Assembly: GCA_963755715.1 (NCBI GenBank)
Contig: CAVWLW010000059.1
Location: 96,001-160,000, forward strand
DNA length: 64,000 nucleotides
Direction: 5' to 3'
Origin: an uncultured delta proteobacterium
GTDB taxonomy: Bacteria; Desulfobacterota; Binatia; UBA9968
The notes beneath the pieces were generated by a model. It saw only the letters and a program-made list of their open reading frames with translations, did no database searches and was not told the origin of the DNA. The position numbers and the translations under genes were made by a program. Shown here piece after piece: positions 1 to 10,288 of the stretch (positions are counted from its first letter, which is position 1; each line of letters opens with the position of its first letter).

Positions 1-216
1 CAGGTCGATCACGTAATCGCTCGGCGTCACTTTCGCCATGTCGAGCATTTTGTCGACCAGCGCTTGAGGCGTGGGCACCCAGACGACGTCCTTGCCCGCT
101 TGGCCGACGCGTGGCTCGTAATCCGGCTTCGCCGGCTGGGCGCGCGCCGGAGACGCGAAGATTAGGGCGAGAAGCAAAGTCGACCAAAATGGTTGAATGA
201 TGCGGACAAATTTCAT
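1..216 (-). CDS. Class I SAM-dependent methyltransferase with signal peptide; 5' part only, runs off the window; paralog of 281..1108
   Basis: Manual translation from ATG at 216: MKFVRIIQPFWSTLLLALIFASPARAQPAKPDYEPRVGQAGKDVVWVPTPQALVDKMLDMAKVTPSDYVIDL, nearly collinear with the neighbour. GAGG upstream. Confidence 0.85.
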   Translation of the reverse strand, partial: MKFVRIIQPFWSTLLLALIFASPARAQPAKPDYEPRVGQAGKDVVWVPTPQALVDKMLDMAKVTPSDYVIDL

Positions 217-280
217 CGTGTTGCCTCGTTAACTGTTCGCAATCCCCAATCGCGCCATCGCGAACGGTGCTGTTTTGAAA

Positions 281-1108
281 CTACTTGCCGGCCCGGCTCG
301 CTTTCCAATCGCCGCCGGAGCTGATCGTCCCTTCCATGCCATTGCTCGTTACGCGGCCCGTGTAGAGCGAGCCACCGGCGTTGAAAGTGATCTGATCGCC
401 GTTGAGCTTGCCGTTGGCGATCTGCACGGTATTGCCGCCGCTTTTCAGCGTACCTGAAATCATCTGATAGGTTTGTTTGAGCGTGAGTTCCCCGTCGGCA
501 AGCTGCCAGTTGCCTTCCACTTTCGCCGGCACGATCCAAAGATACGCCGTGCAGTAAGAAATACAGCCGTCCTTGGCAATCACGGTATCGTCCGAAGACC
601 AATCGCCCATGGTAAAAGAATTCGAGACGATCCGGGTGCCCGGCTTGAGATTTAAGATTTTTGGCCGGAGCTTGAGATTGATATCGGGCAAGAGGAACAT
701 CGTGATCACCGTCGCCTGGGAAAAATCGCTCTCGAACAGATCGGCTTTGGTAAAACTGGCTTTGTCGGTCACGCCTTCCTTGGCGGCATTGCGTTTCGAC
801 AGCTCCACCATATCGGGATTGTATTCGATGCCGAGCGCTTTCGTGCCCCGCTTTGCCGCCGTAATCACCGTGCGGCCATCGCCGGAGCCAAGATCGATCA
901 GGTAATCTTTCGCCGTCACCTTGCCCATATCGAGCATCTTGTCGACCAGAGACTGCGGCGTCGGCACCCAGATCACATCCTTCCCTTCCTGCCCGACCTG
1001 CGGTTGATACTCGCTCTTGCCCGACTGAGCCTGGGCGCAAGCGCTGGTGAACAAAATGGAAAGGGCGATCGCCACGAACCATTTACGCATAAACGAGATT
1101 GCCATCAT
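281..1108 (-). CDS. Class I SAM-dependent methyltransferase with signal peptide and C-terminal beta-rich extension
   Basis: WVPTP and DLGSGDGR (motif I), GIEYN, ADLFESD, TMFLLP. Hydrophobic N-terminus ending AQA. AGGAGG upstream. Confidence 0.88.
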   Translation of the reverse strand: MMAISFMRKWFVAIALSILFTSACAQAQSGKSEYQPQVGQEGKDVIWVPTPQSLVDKMLDMGKVTAKDYLIDLGSGDGRTVITAAKRGTKALGIEYNPDMVELSKRNAAKEGVTDKASFTKADLFESDFSQATVITMFLLPDINLKLRPKILNLKPGTRIVSNSFTMGDWSSDDTVIAKDGCISYCTAYLWIVPAKVEGNWQLADGELTLKQTYQMISGTLKSGGNTVQIANGKLNGDQITFNAGGSLYTGRVTSNGMEGTISSGGDWKASRAGK

Positions 1109-1312
1109 CTAAGTCCTCCTACCTCTGCAGATGAATAGCTGGAGAGTCGCACGCAGGAAAAAAAATGTCCAGGCTGGCGTCGAATTGTTTAGCCAACCGG
1201 CCGCACGGTTGCCCGCGGCGCTGCTTCGGTGATACACAAAGACAACAAACTGCATCGGCAACTCAGGCCTGTTTTTCAGTTCCAAATTGCAAATATTTCT
1301 GGAGGCAATTCA

Positions 1313-2472
1313 ATGCGGCAACGATCCGATTACCCGACTTTTTCCGACGCGGAAATCCAGAGAAGGCACAAAACCGTTTACGGTCTGATGGAGCAGGAAG
1401 GCGTCGACGCGCTGCTTTTTTACGGCAGCGGCCGTTACGCTTCGGACATTTACTGGCTGAGCGACTGGCCGAGCAGCCGGGAAGCCTACTTGCTGATGCA
1501 AGCCGGCCGCGAGCCGGTGATCTTGATGCAGCTCTTCAATCACTATCCGATGGCGCGCGTCATGTCATGGATTAAAGACGTGCGCTGGGCAGGGGCGAAT
1601 ACGACCAACAGCGTCGTAGAGCTTAGTTACGCGAGCGCGGCTTGGAATCAAAAAAGATCGGCCTGGTCGGCTCGATTTCTTTCCAGGTCTACAATAAGCT
1701 TCGGGAAACATATCCGTCGGCGTCGTTTGTCGATCTCAGCGGCAAGCTGCGCATGATGCGCACGGTAAAAAGCGCGGAGGAAATTGAGCGCATCCGCCAT
1801 CGCCTCAAAGCTCACTGACCAATCGATCCAGGCGCTGGCGGAAGAGTCTTGAGGCCGGGACTGCGCGAAGATGAAATCCCCGCGATCATCGAACCGGTCT
1901 ATCTAAAGGCCGGCGGCTACGCCGGCATACATTTTATGAGCAGCATGCCGATGCGCGAACCGGATTTTCCCGTGCCGTCGCAATTTCATTCCAAGCGAAA
2001 GCTCCAGAAAGGCGACGCTCTGATTACTGAAATCAGCGGCGCTTACTCAGGCTACAGCGGCCAGATCCATCGGACTTTCTCGATCGGTGAAGGGCCGACA
2101 GCGGAGTGGCAAAAGATGCACGCCGCGGCGCTGGAAGCGTTCGAGGTTTTATCCAAGGTGATCAAAGAGGGCGCCACGACAACCGAAGCCGAAGAGGCGG
2201 CGGAAATTATCCACGAGCGCGGCTATAGCACGTACGATGATTTGGTTCACGGCGTCAATCAGTATCCGCCGATCTTTCAGACCAAAACGCGCAAGCGGCA
2301 TGATTCCAAAGAAATGGTTTTTCACGAAAACATGGTGATCGTCATCCAACCCAATCTCATGACCCACGACGAAAAAATGGGCCTGCAGTTCGGCGAGACA
2401 CTGGTGGTGAAGAAAAATGGCTGCGAGTCGCTGAACGCCTATCCGCGCCAATGGGTGATCTGCAGCGTGTAG
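1313..2472 (+). CDS. M24 (Xaa-Pro peptidase/creatinase-like) family protein, frameshifted
   Basis: Creatinase_N-like start (MEQEGVDALLFYG); 'MRTVKSAEEIER' in a second frame near 1756-1800; pita-bread C-terminus (GYSGQIHRT, HGVN, IQPN, FGETLVV). GGAGG before ATG at 1313. Confidence 0.8.
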
Positions 2473-2511
2473 GGGCGTGATTCATCGCGCCCTCCGACTA
2501 GCCGCCTGCGA

Positions 2512-3517
2512 CTACTTCTCGATTTCCCGAATGATCGCGTCAGCGAATTTTTTCGTCGTCGCGGTGCCGCCGAGATCGGGGGTCAGGACCTCGCCGCGCA
2601 TGAGCACTCGCTCCAGGGCCAACGAAATCCGATTCGCCGCGGCTTTTTCGGAGAGATGGCGCAGCATCATGATCGCCGCCTGAATCATCGCCGAGGGATT
2701 GGCGATATTTTTGCCCTTGATATCCGGCGCGCTGCCATGCACCGCCTCAAAAAGCGCGTGATCATCGCCGAGATTGGCACCGGGAACGACGCCCAATCCG
2801 CCCACCAGGCCGGCGGCCAAATCCGACAGAATGTCGCCATAAAGATTTTCCATCAGCAGAACGTCGAACTGCCACGGATTGATGACTAACTGCAAACAGG
2901 CATTGTCGACGATCACGTCGCTGAAACCGATCGTCTTATAGCTGGCCGCGACCTTCCGCGCGCAGTCCAGGAAAAGCCCGTCGCTCATTTTCATGATGTT
3001 GGCCTTGTGCACCGCGGCGACTTTTTTCCGGCCGTTGCGCCGGGCGAAATCGAAAGCAAACTTGGAGATCTTCGTACAGGCCTTCTCGGTCATGATCTTC
3101 AAGCTCTCCACCACGCCGGGAATCACTTCGTGCTCGATGCCGGAGTAAAGCCCCTCCGTGTTTTCCCGAACGACGATCAGATCGATGCCCTGATAGCGCG
3201 CCTTCACGCCGGGAAGGTTCTTGATCGGACGCAGATTGGCGTAGAGATTGAACGTTTGGCGCAGCGCCACGTTGACGCTCGTGAAACCTTCGCCCACCGG
3301 CGTCGTCACCGGGCCTTTGAGCGCCACCCGGTTTTTTTCAAACGAGTCCATCAACGATTTGGGAATCGTCGAGCCGTGTTTTTTTAGCGCTTCGGCTCCC
3401 GCCAGAGTGAGTTTCCCAATCGATCTTCACTCCCGCCGCTTTGATGATTGCCAATGTCGGCTTGGTGACTTCGGGACCGATGCCGTCGCCGGGAATCAAC
3501 GTGATCTTGTGCTTCAT
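2512..3517 (-). CDS. icd: Isocitrate/isopropylmalate dehydrogenase family, probably NAD-dependent isocitrate dehydrogenase; frameshift near 3400
   Basis: MKHKITLIPGDGIGPEV in one frame, then LKGPVTTP, YANLRP, RENTEGLY, HKANIMK, NLYGDILSDL and EAVHGSAPDI. Confidence 0.85.
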
Positions 3518-3707
3518 CGATTTTTTTTCCTCTTTCAGAGCTGTGCCACGCATATTTTTTATACACCATCGATAGGCAAATAGCAGCTTGGCGCGCATCT
3601 GGCGCGCTCACATTGACTTGAGCGACGAGTTACGGTTAGCTGCTAGTAGCTACCGAGCGCGAACGACGCCCACCGCAACTCATTGTCCGCTCCGCGAAAA
3701 TCTTTGC

Positions 3708-4223
3708 ATGGCTAGCATCCACCTTCGCTTTACTAAGAGTTTTCTTTGGAACTGGATTCCCGTCATCCTTTGGGCCTCGCTCATCTTCGTCTTTTCCACC
3801 GATACTTTTTCCTCTACCAATACCGCGGGCATCTTTGAACCGATCTTCAGCCAAATTTTTCCACAGCTGCCGGCGGGCGATATCGAGCGAATTCATGCAC
3901 TGATCCGAAAAGTCGGCCACTTTAGTGAATACTTCGTCTTGGCATTCTTGCTCATGCGCGCCTTGCGCAATGCGATGGGCGAGGAATTGTTTGGGCGACG
4001 GCTTTTTCTGAGCATACTTATTGCGACGCTCTACGCGGTCAGTGACGAGGCCCACCAATCCTTCGTTCCGAGCCGGAGCGCCAGCGCTGTCGACGTATCG
4101 ATCGACTCGATTGGCGCTATTTGTGGCACTTTATTGTCTTATCGGCGCAACCGACGCAGGCGCATGGGCCCGGAAGCGCGCTACGGCGCGACGCTGAAAG
4201 GCCGAACCTTAAAAAAAACTTGA
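3708..4223 (+). CDS. VanZ family membrane protein
   Basis: W..LIFVFS, IRKVGHFSEYFVL, YAVSDEAHQSFVPSRSASAVDVSID. Confidence 0.85.
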   Translation: MASIHLRFTKSFLWNWIPVILWASLIFVFSTDTFSSTNTAGIFEPIFSQIFPQLPAGDIERIHALIRKVGHFSEYFVLAFLLMRALRNAMGEELFGRRLFLSILIATLYAVSDEAHQSFVPSRSASAVDVSIDSIGAICGTLLSYRRNRRRRMGPEARYGATLKGRTLKKT

Positions 4224-4289
4224 CAAGCCGAGGGCAAATCGCGAGGATATTGGGAATAAAATACGGACGTTAGCCAAGGATACAATAAA

Positions 4290-4850
4290 TTGCCCTTTAA
4301 ATCGCATTTCGCCCTGGAATTTTGTCGCGCCGCCCTTCTTATTTTACTTATTTCGGTGTTCACCGGCTGTTCGACCCCGGACGCCCAACCCAAGCTTTTC
4401 TCATCGCCGGAGTCTCTGACGAATTTAGCCAACGCTCCGGCGCGCTCGCCGTCCGCGATGGAAGCGATCAGCCGCGGCGTCGCCGCGGTGACGCCGCCGG
4501 GCGCGGCTCTCAAAGATGTCTATTATCAGTTCGACAGCGTGGAACTGGATCCCGAAGCGCAAGTCATCTTAAAAAAGAACGCGGAGTGGTTGAAGACGAA
4601 TCCGAAAGCGCGAGTCGAGGTCGAAGGCCATTGCGATGACGTCGGCTCGGCCGAATACAATCTTGCGCTCGGCGCCAAACGCGCTCAAGTCGCGAAGGAT
4701 TTCCTCATAAACCAAGGCGTCGCCACCGAGCGCCTTGTGACGATCAGCTACGGCAAGGAAGCTCCCGCCTGTTTTGAGCCCAACGAAGAATGCCGCGTGA
4801 AAAACCGCCGCGCGCGTTTTGTGATGTTCACCGAAGTGCCGACCTCGTAG
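4290..4850 (+). CDS. pal: Peptidoglycan-associated lipoprotein (OmpA C-terminal domain)
   Basis: Lipobox FTGC; VYYQFDS, VEGHCDDVGSAEYNLALGAKRA, ISYGKEAP, KNRRA. Confidence 0.85.
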   Translation: MPFKSHFALEFCRAALLILLISVFTGCSTPDAQPKLFSSPESLTNLANAPARSPSAMEAISRGVAAVTPPGAALKDVYYQFDSVELDPEAQVILKKNAEWLKTNPKARVEVEGHCDDVGSAEYNLALGAKRAQVAKDFLINQGVATERLVTISYGKEAPACFEPNEECRVKNRRARFVMFTEVPTS

Positions 4851-4882
4851 ACTAGCCCCTTGAACCAAGAGAAATTCGATTT

Positions 4883-5179
4883 CACCACGAAGGACGCGAA
4901 GAGCACGAAGTTTGAGAATTGATGCATCAAAACCTTCGTGTACTTCGTATTACTATAGTTAAAAATTTGCGCGGCTTGCGCAAATAATCTGGAAGCTCGA
5001 AAGTACTCGGAGTAGGGATATTCCTCGCCAAGGCGCAAAGGCGCCAAGGTTATAGGGAAAGGACAAAAACTCTTATAAATGATTTTCACCCTCAATCTCC
5101 GAACTTTGCGCCCTTTGCGTCTTTGCGGGAGATACTCCGAGTTTCGGTTGCGGCTCTGCCGCGCTGGGATCTTCGTGGT
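4883..5179. repeat. Nested palindromic repeat elements in the gap between convergent genes
   Basis: Outer arms are (CACGAAG-nn)x3 at 4883-4910 and CTTCGTG units at 4934-4949 and 5171-5179. The inner element has a perfect ACTCGGAGTA/TACTCCGAGT inverted repeat (5005-5014/5133-5142) and CGCAAAG/CTTTGCG units. Confidence 0.7.
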
Positions 5180-5188
5180 CAATTTCTC

Positions 5189-7771
5189 CTACTCATAGCC
5201 GATCGCCGTTACGATCGACGTTGACGCTGCCTGCTTCGCAGGGCCGTAGCCGGCCAATAGGCACAAAGCCACCGCAGCGAGCACCGAAAACAGCGCCACG
5301 CCGTAGGGATAATAAAACTGAAAGGTCCAGCCGGTAAGTTCTTTAGTGTTATAAACCACGTGGTGATACGCCATCACGCTGCCGGCGAATAACCCGAGCA
5401 GACCGCCGATCAGTCCCATCCAGCCCGCTTCCGTCACGACCATGCGCCGCACCTGCGCTTGCGTCGCGCCGATCGCGCGCAAGACGCCGATCTCCCGCGT
5501 GCGATCGAGAACCGATGCCAGCAGCGTATTAATCACGCTGAAAATTGCCACAACGATCGCGACGATTTCCACGGCGTAGTTGACGACGAAGGATTGTTCC
5601 ATGATGCGAACCACCGATTCTTTCAGCTCGCGGTGCGTGCTGATGAAGAGCTGATACGGTTCGCCGTATCGTTCTTTGATCGTTTGGATGATCACCTGCT
5701 GATCCGCGCCCGGTTCCAGCCACAGGTCAAAAGCGTCGAGCAAATCCTCCTGCCAATATTTTTTGTACAGCGCGCGATCGAGCAACACGCTGCCGGAGTC
5801 CGATGAATAGTCGATGTACACGCCGATGACTTTAAAAGCGATCAATCCCGACGGCGTGATCAACTCGACGGTGTCGTTCGCGCCTTTGCCGAACTTGCTC
5901 TGAAAGCTTTCGCTGATGATGACCCCCTTCCCTTCGCCCATTTCGCGCAAGGCTTCAGCGCTATCGCCGGCCACCATCGGCAGATTGCGCACGCTCGCGG
6001 AATCCCGCGCGGAAAAAGATTCAATGAGGATCGGCTTTCCCTGGTAGCTGGATCGGATCAAGCGATAGAGATCGATGATTTTGATTCCCGGGATTTTGCC
6101 AAACTCTGGCAGCAAATCTTCCCGAAGCGGAACGTTTCGCGGCCCGGCGGTCCGGGCACCCGAGCTGACGATTAAATCCGCCGTCACCATTTGATCGACC
6201 CAGGCAAGCAACGAGCCGCGCACGCTGTTGACGAATGCGGCGATAGTGAAAATTGCCGCGAGACTGATGACCATGGTGGCAATGGTGATGCCGGAGCGAA
6301 ACGGATTACGGCGCAAACTATCCGAAGCCAAACGCGCTTCAATCCCGTCGAACCCAGGCACGCGTGCTTTCGACTGCCAAAACCAACCCACGACGAAACT
6401 GATAATTGCCGGGCAAAAGGCAGCCAAGCCGAGGAGGAAGATCAGCATGCCGATGACGCCGACGCTGAATCGTTCGACCGAACCATCGACCGACGGCGCG
6501 ATCGCCAAAAGCATGGGAGATAGCGCCATGCAGCAAAGCCCAAGACGGTTGGCCCAGGAAGTTGGTTGCCTGCCGACCGGTCGCCACGCCGCTTGCCGCG
6601 CGTTTTCCAGGGGGCTTACGCGCATCGCCTCCCACGCCGGCTGCAGCGCCGCCAAAAGCGCCACCACAACGCCGCTGCCGAGGGCGAGCGCCAACTCGCG
6701 CAGCGTTAAGTTTCCCGCGACGAGATCGATCAGTGAAAACAAATTACCCACGGTTTCGCCGACGGCGACCAACGCAGCGCGAGAAAGAAGCCAGCCGAGA
6801 ACCGCACCGGCAATGGATCCTCCAAGCGCTAACAACAAGGCTTCGGTAAGAATAAGTCGCAGTAACTCGCTGCGCTTCATGCCGATGCAGCGCAGCACGC
6901 CGATTTCTTTTTTGCGCTGGATCACCGACACCGACACCGTGTTGTAGATCAGAAAAAAGCCGACGAAGAGCGCAATTAAACTGACAAAAAACAGTCCAAC
7001 ACGAAACGACGTCAGCAATAACTCGATCTGTTCGCCGCGTTTGCGCGGTCGCTCGATCTCGGCCGCGCCCTTCAGTCGCTCGCGCAGCCGTTGCTGCACG
7101 GCTTCGAGTTTTTCGCCTTCCTCGATCGTCAGATCGACGATATCAAGCTTGCCTTCTTTGCCAAAAGCTTTCTGCGCCACCGGCAAATCCATCAGCGCGA
7201 AGCTGCCGCCAAAAACTTTGGCCGTTCCCTGTTCCTTGAGCAACGCGCGCACCGTGAATTCACGCTTGCCCTGACTGGTCAGCAAGGTCACCTTGGCGCC
7301 CACAGGCAACTTTAGCCGGCGCGAGAAGGATTCCGTCAGTGCGATCGAATCCGGTTGAGCGATAAAATCCAGCGCCTGATCGAAGCCGAACTGGGCATCG
7401 ACGAATTGATGGTCTCGAATCGCGAAATCCGTGAGCAAATCGACGCCGTAGACATACAGCCGCTCACCCGGCACGCCCGCGACGGGCGAGAATCCTTCCA
7501 CCGCCGCCGAGGCATCGCGGACACCCGCCGTGTCGCGAATAAGCGGAAACAAAGACTCTGCGATACCGCTCTCACCGTTGGCGACCTGCAACACCGCTTT
7601 GCCGGCGATCTGATCGATGGTCGATTGAAACGAGGTGGTCAGCGAGCGATTCACCGCCGCGATCGCCACAATGACGGCAACGCCGAGGGCGATCCCAAAG
7701 AAAGTCAGCGCCGTGCGCAGCCGGTGGCGCTTCACATGGCGCCATGAGACCGTGGTCAGCAGTCGCAGCAT
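5189..7771 (-). CDS. ABC transporter permease, MacB/FtsX-like with duplicated domains
   Basis: RTALTFFGIALGVAV; two FtsX segments (QRKKEIGVLRCIG, DRTREIGVLRAIGAT); 860 aa; abuts the ATPase gene. Confidence 0.9.
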   Translation of the reverse strand: MLRLLTTVSWRHVKRHRLRTALTFFGIALGVAVIVAIAAVNRSLTTSFQSTIDQIAGKAVLQVANGESGIAESLFPLIRDTAGVRDASAAVEGFSPVAGVPGERLYVYGVDLLTDFAIRDHQFVDAQFGFDQALDFIAQPDSIALTESFSRRLKLPVGAKVTLLTSQGKREFTVRALLKEQGTAKVFGGSFALMDLPVAQKAFGKEGKLDIVDLTIEEGEKLEAVQQRLRERLKGAAEIERPRKRGEQIELLLTSFRVGLFFVSLIALFVGFFLIYNTVSVSVIQRKKEIGVLRCIGMKRSELLRLILTEALLLALGGSIAGAVLGWLLSRAALVAVGETVGNLFSLIDLVAGNLTLRELALALGSGVVVALLAALQPAWEAMRVSPLENARQAAWRPVGRQPTSWANRLGLCCMALSPMLLAIAPSVDGSVERFSVGVIGMLIFLLGLAAFCPAIISFVVGWFWQSKARVPGFDGIEARLASDSLRRNPFRSGITIATMVISLAAIFTIAAFVNSVRGSLLAWVDQMVTADLIVSSGARTAGPRNVPLREDLLPEFGKIPGIKIIDLYRLIRSSYQGKPILIESFSARDSASVRNLPMVAGDSAEALREMGEGKGVIISESFQSKFGKGANDTVELITPSGLIAFKVIGVYIDYSSDSGSVLLDRALYKKYWQEDLLDAFDLWLEPGADQQVIIQTIKERYGEPYQLFISTHRELKESVVRIMEQSFVVNYAVEIVAIVVAIFSVINTLLASVLDRTREIGVLRAIGATQAQVRRMVVTEAGWMGLIGGLLGLFAGSVMAYHHVVYNTKELTGWTFQFYYPYGVALFSVLAAVALCLLAGYGPAKQAASTSIVTAIGYE

Positions 7772-8445
7772 CAGGAATCAGCCGTCTCCACTCGCCCATC
7801 GCGCAGAAAAATCGTCCGGTCGCCGTAGCGCGCGGCTTCTTGACTGTGCGTCACCATGACCACAGTGCAACCGTCTTCTTGGTTGATCCGCTTGAGCAGC
7901 GCCAAGATCGCTTCGCCATTTTTGGAATCGAGATTGCCCGTCGGCTCGTCGGCGAGAAGAATCGGCGGATTGAACGCGAGCGCCCGCGCCACGGCGACGC
8001 GCTGGATCTCGCCACCCGAAAGTTCCTCCGGGAGATGGTGTTGCCGTTTTTCCAAGCCGATCTTGGTCAAAAGAATTTCCGCCTGATGATCCGCCTCGGC
8101 TTGGGATCGGCCATCGAGCACGAGAGGGAGCGCGACGTTCTCCAATGCGCTCAGGGTGGGCAGTAGATTAAAAAATTGAAACACGATGCCGATCTTTTTG
8201 CGGCGAAACAATGTCACCTGATCATCCGCCATCTGGCCGATGAGCCGGCCGTCGACCAGGAGATCGCCGCCGCTCGGCCGATCCAAGCCGCCGATCAGGT
8301 GCAGAAGCGTGCTCTTGCCCGAGCCGCTCGGCCCCATGATCACGGCAAATGAACCTTCGGGTATATCCAGAGAAATACCTGCCAACGCGGTGATTTCACT
8401 TTCACCTTGCCGGTAGGTTTTGCGAACGTCGATGCAGCGGATCAT
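7771..8445 (-). CDS. ABC transporter ATP-binding protein, LolD/MacB-like
   Basis: GPSGSGKS, LSGGEIQRVAVARAL, ILLADEPTGNLD, VTH. Confidence 0.93.
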   Translation of the reverse strand: MIRCIDVRKTYRQGESEITALAGISLDIPEGSFAVIMGPSGSGKSTLLHLIGGLDRPSGGDLLVDGRLIGQMADDQVTLFRRKKIGIVFQFFNLLPTLSALENVALPLVLDGRSQAEADHQAEILLTKIGLEKRQHHLPEELSGGEIQRVAVARALAFNPPILLADEPTGNLDSKNGEAILALLKRINQEDGCTVVMVTHSQEAARYGDRTIFLRDGRVETADS

Positions 8446-8457
8446 GCGGCAAGATCG

Positions 8458-8827
8458 TTAGCAAATAAAATTTATCGTCGGTGGATTCAAAGTGACATTG
8501 GCGCCGGCTTGCTGGTTGGATTCTAGCTTTGCCAGGTCGGCGTTGACGGCATGCATCAGGGATTCTACGCTGATGCCGAAATGTACCGGCGCATAAGGCG
8601 CGATCTTATCCAAGCCGGTGCGCCAGAGTTTGAGTGCCCCGGCCGGCACACCCTGCTCTAATTTGAAGTAACCCGCGGCGATCTGAATAATTCCTTGGTA
8701 GAACAAGCGGTCTTCGCCGTGCTCTTCCAACCAGATCTCTTCCAGCGTCTCGTGACACTCGAAAAAAAGCCGCTTCGTTGAATTCCTGAATGCCCTTTAA
8801 AAAACGCGGGTCGTCTTGCGGTTCCAT
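8458..8827 (-). CDS. DUF309 family protein; frameshift in the A-run near 8762-8768
   Basis: Joined frames give MEPQDDPRFLKGIQEFN..FFECHETLEEIW...RLFYQGIIQIAAG..K..GA.KL. Confidence 0.8.
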
Positions 8828-8944
8828 GGTCGAAATATTTGGTCCCAAAGATCACATGCTCACAGAGAATATCCGCCGAACCGCTCTGTATTCCATGTGT
8901 CCTTTGTGGTTAATTTTCTCCTAGCCTCAGCTTACAAAACTCGA

Positions 8945-10237
8945 ATGACCCAGACTAACGCGAAAAGCACAGCCACGCTAGAGATCGATGCTCTTTCCTA
9001 CGGTCCCTACGGCATCGGCCGGCTGGACGGCAAGGCGATAATGGTTCCCTACACGGCGCCCGGTGACACGGTGGAGGTGCGGATCACCGAAGAGAAAGAG
9101 CGCTACGCGGTCGGCGAAGCGACCCGCGTGCTCAGCACCTTCGCCGCTTCGCCAAGCGCCACCTTGCCCCTATGTCGGCGCTTGCGGGGGTTGCTCGTGG
9201 CAACACCTGCGCTACGACGCACAATTGAAAGCCAAACAACAAAGCGTCGCCGATGCCTTGCGGCGCATCGGCAAGCTGGGAGATTTCGAGCTCAAGACCG
9301 ATCATTCCATCGGCGCAAGAATATGGCTACCGGCGGCGCGTTCGCTTGCAGATCGGTCCGCAAGAAAGAACTCGGTTTTTTCGGCGCCGCTTCGCACGAG
9401 TTGGTGGAAATCGGCTCGTGCCTGATCGCCGACGATCGTTTGAACCGCGCGCTAGATTCTCTCCGCCGCTGGGTCCGCGCTCTCGCGACGCCGATCGAAT
9501 ACGTCGAGATCGTCGCCGGCGATGAGCCTGAAGAAATCGTCGTGGTCGCGCGCGCAATCGGTCCGTTCGCTCCGAATGACGAGCCGGCGTGCGCGAACTT
9601 GGCAAGCGAAGGCGAACAAATTCGCGGTTTGATAGTCGCTGGCGCCGACTGGCGCAGAGTTTGGGGCCGGCCGGCCATCAGCGTGAGTTTGTTAGCCGAC
9701 CTTTCCCTCTCCCTAGACGCGGACGTCTTTATGCAGGTCAACGCGGAAGGGAATCGACGCATTCTCAATGTGCTGCTCGCCGCCGGCGACTTTCAAAGCG
9801 GCGATCGCGTCCTCGAACTCTACTGCGGCGGCGGTAATTTCACTTTGCCGATCGCGCAGCGAACCAAAGAAATCGTCGCGGTCGAAGGTTACAGGTCGTC
9901 GATCGCCAACGGCAAGCTCAATGCGCAGAAAAATAGCATTGATAATATTCGCTGGATTTGTTCCGCCGTTCCCAAAGCCGTCACGGAGCTGAAAAGGCGG
10001 CGAGAAAACTTTACCAAGATCGTGCTCGATCCGCCCCGCGCGGGTGCCAAGGGAATCGAAACTGACTTGTCCGCGCTGGGCGCAAGTCGAATATTTTACA
10101 TCTCCTGCAACCCGACGACGTTGGCGCGCGACCTCAACGCCCTAACCAAGCACAGCTATAGGCTTCGCATGGTTCAGCCCATCGATTTTTTTCCGCAGAC
10201 ATTTCACGTCGAAACCCTCGCCGTCGTCGAGCGTTAA
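8945..10237 (+). CDS. rlmD: 23S rRNA (uracil-C5)-methyltransferase RlmD/TrmA family with TRAM domain; internal frameshifts
   Basis: TRAM start ([19 protein letters not shown]); [15 protein letters not shown] and YGYRRR in alternate frames; [42 protein letters not shown]. Confidence 0.88.
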   Translation: MTQTNAKSTATLEIDALSYGPYGIGRLDGKAIMVPYTAPGDTVEVRITEEKERYAVGEATRVLSTFAASPSATLPLCRRLRGLLVATPALRRTIESQTTKRRRCLAAHRQAGRFRAQDRSFHRRKNMATGGAFACRSVRKKELGFFGAASHELVEIGSCLIADDRLNRALDSLRRWVRALATPIEYVEIVAGDEPEEIVVVARAIGPFAPNDEPACANLASEGEQIRGLIVAGADWRRVWGRPAISVSLLADLSLSLDADVFMQVNAEGNRRILNVLLAAGDFQSGDRVLELYCGGGNFTLPIAQRTKEIVAVEGYRSSIANGKLNAQKNSIDNIRWICSAVPKAVTELKRRRENFTKIVLDPPRAGAKGIETDLSALGASRIFYISCNPTTLARDLNALTKHSYRLRMVQPIDFFPQTFHVETLAVVER

Positions 10238-10288
10238 GATTAAAATGAAAGACCGAGGGCCGAAACGGCTTGAACGGTTGGAACGCTT

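Noticed and set aside
213-1082. 289-aa alternate-frame ORF
   Set aside because: Same-strand shadow of the methyltransferase; Arg-rich with no motifs.
4748-5182. 144-aa minus-strand ORF
   Set aside because: It is a translation of the nested repeats and overlaps pal.
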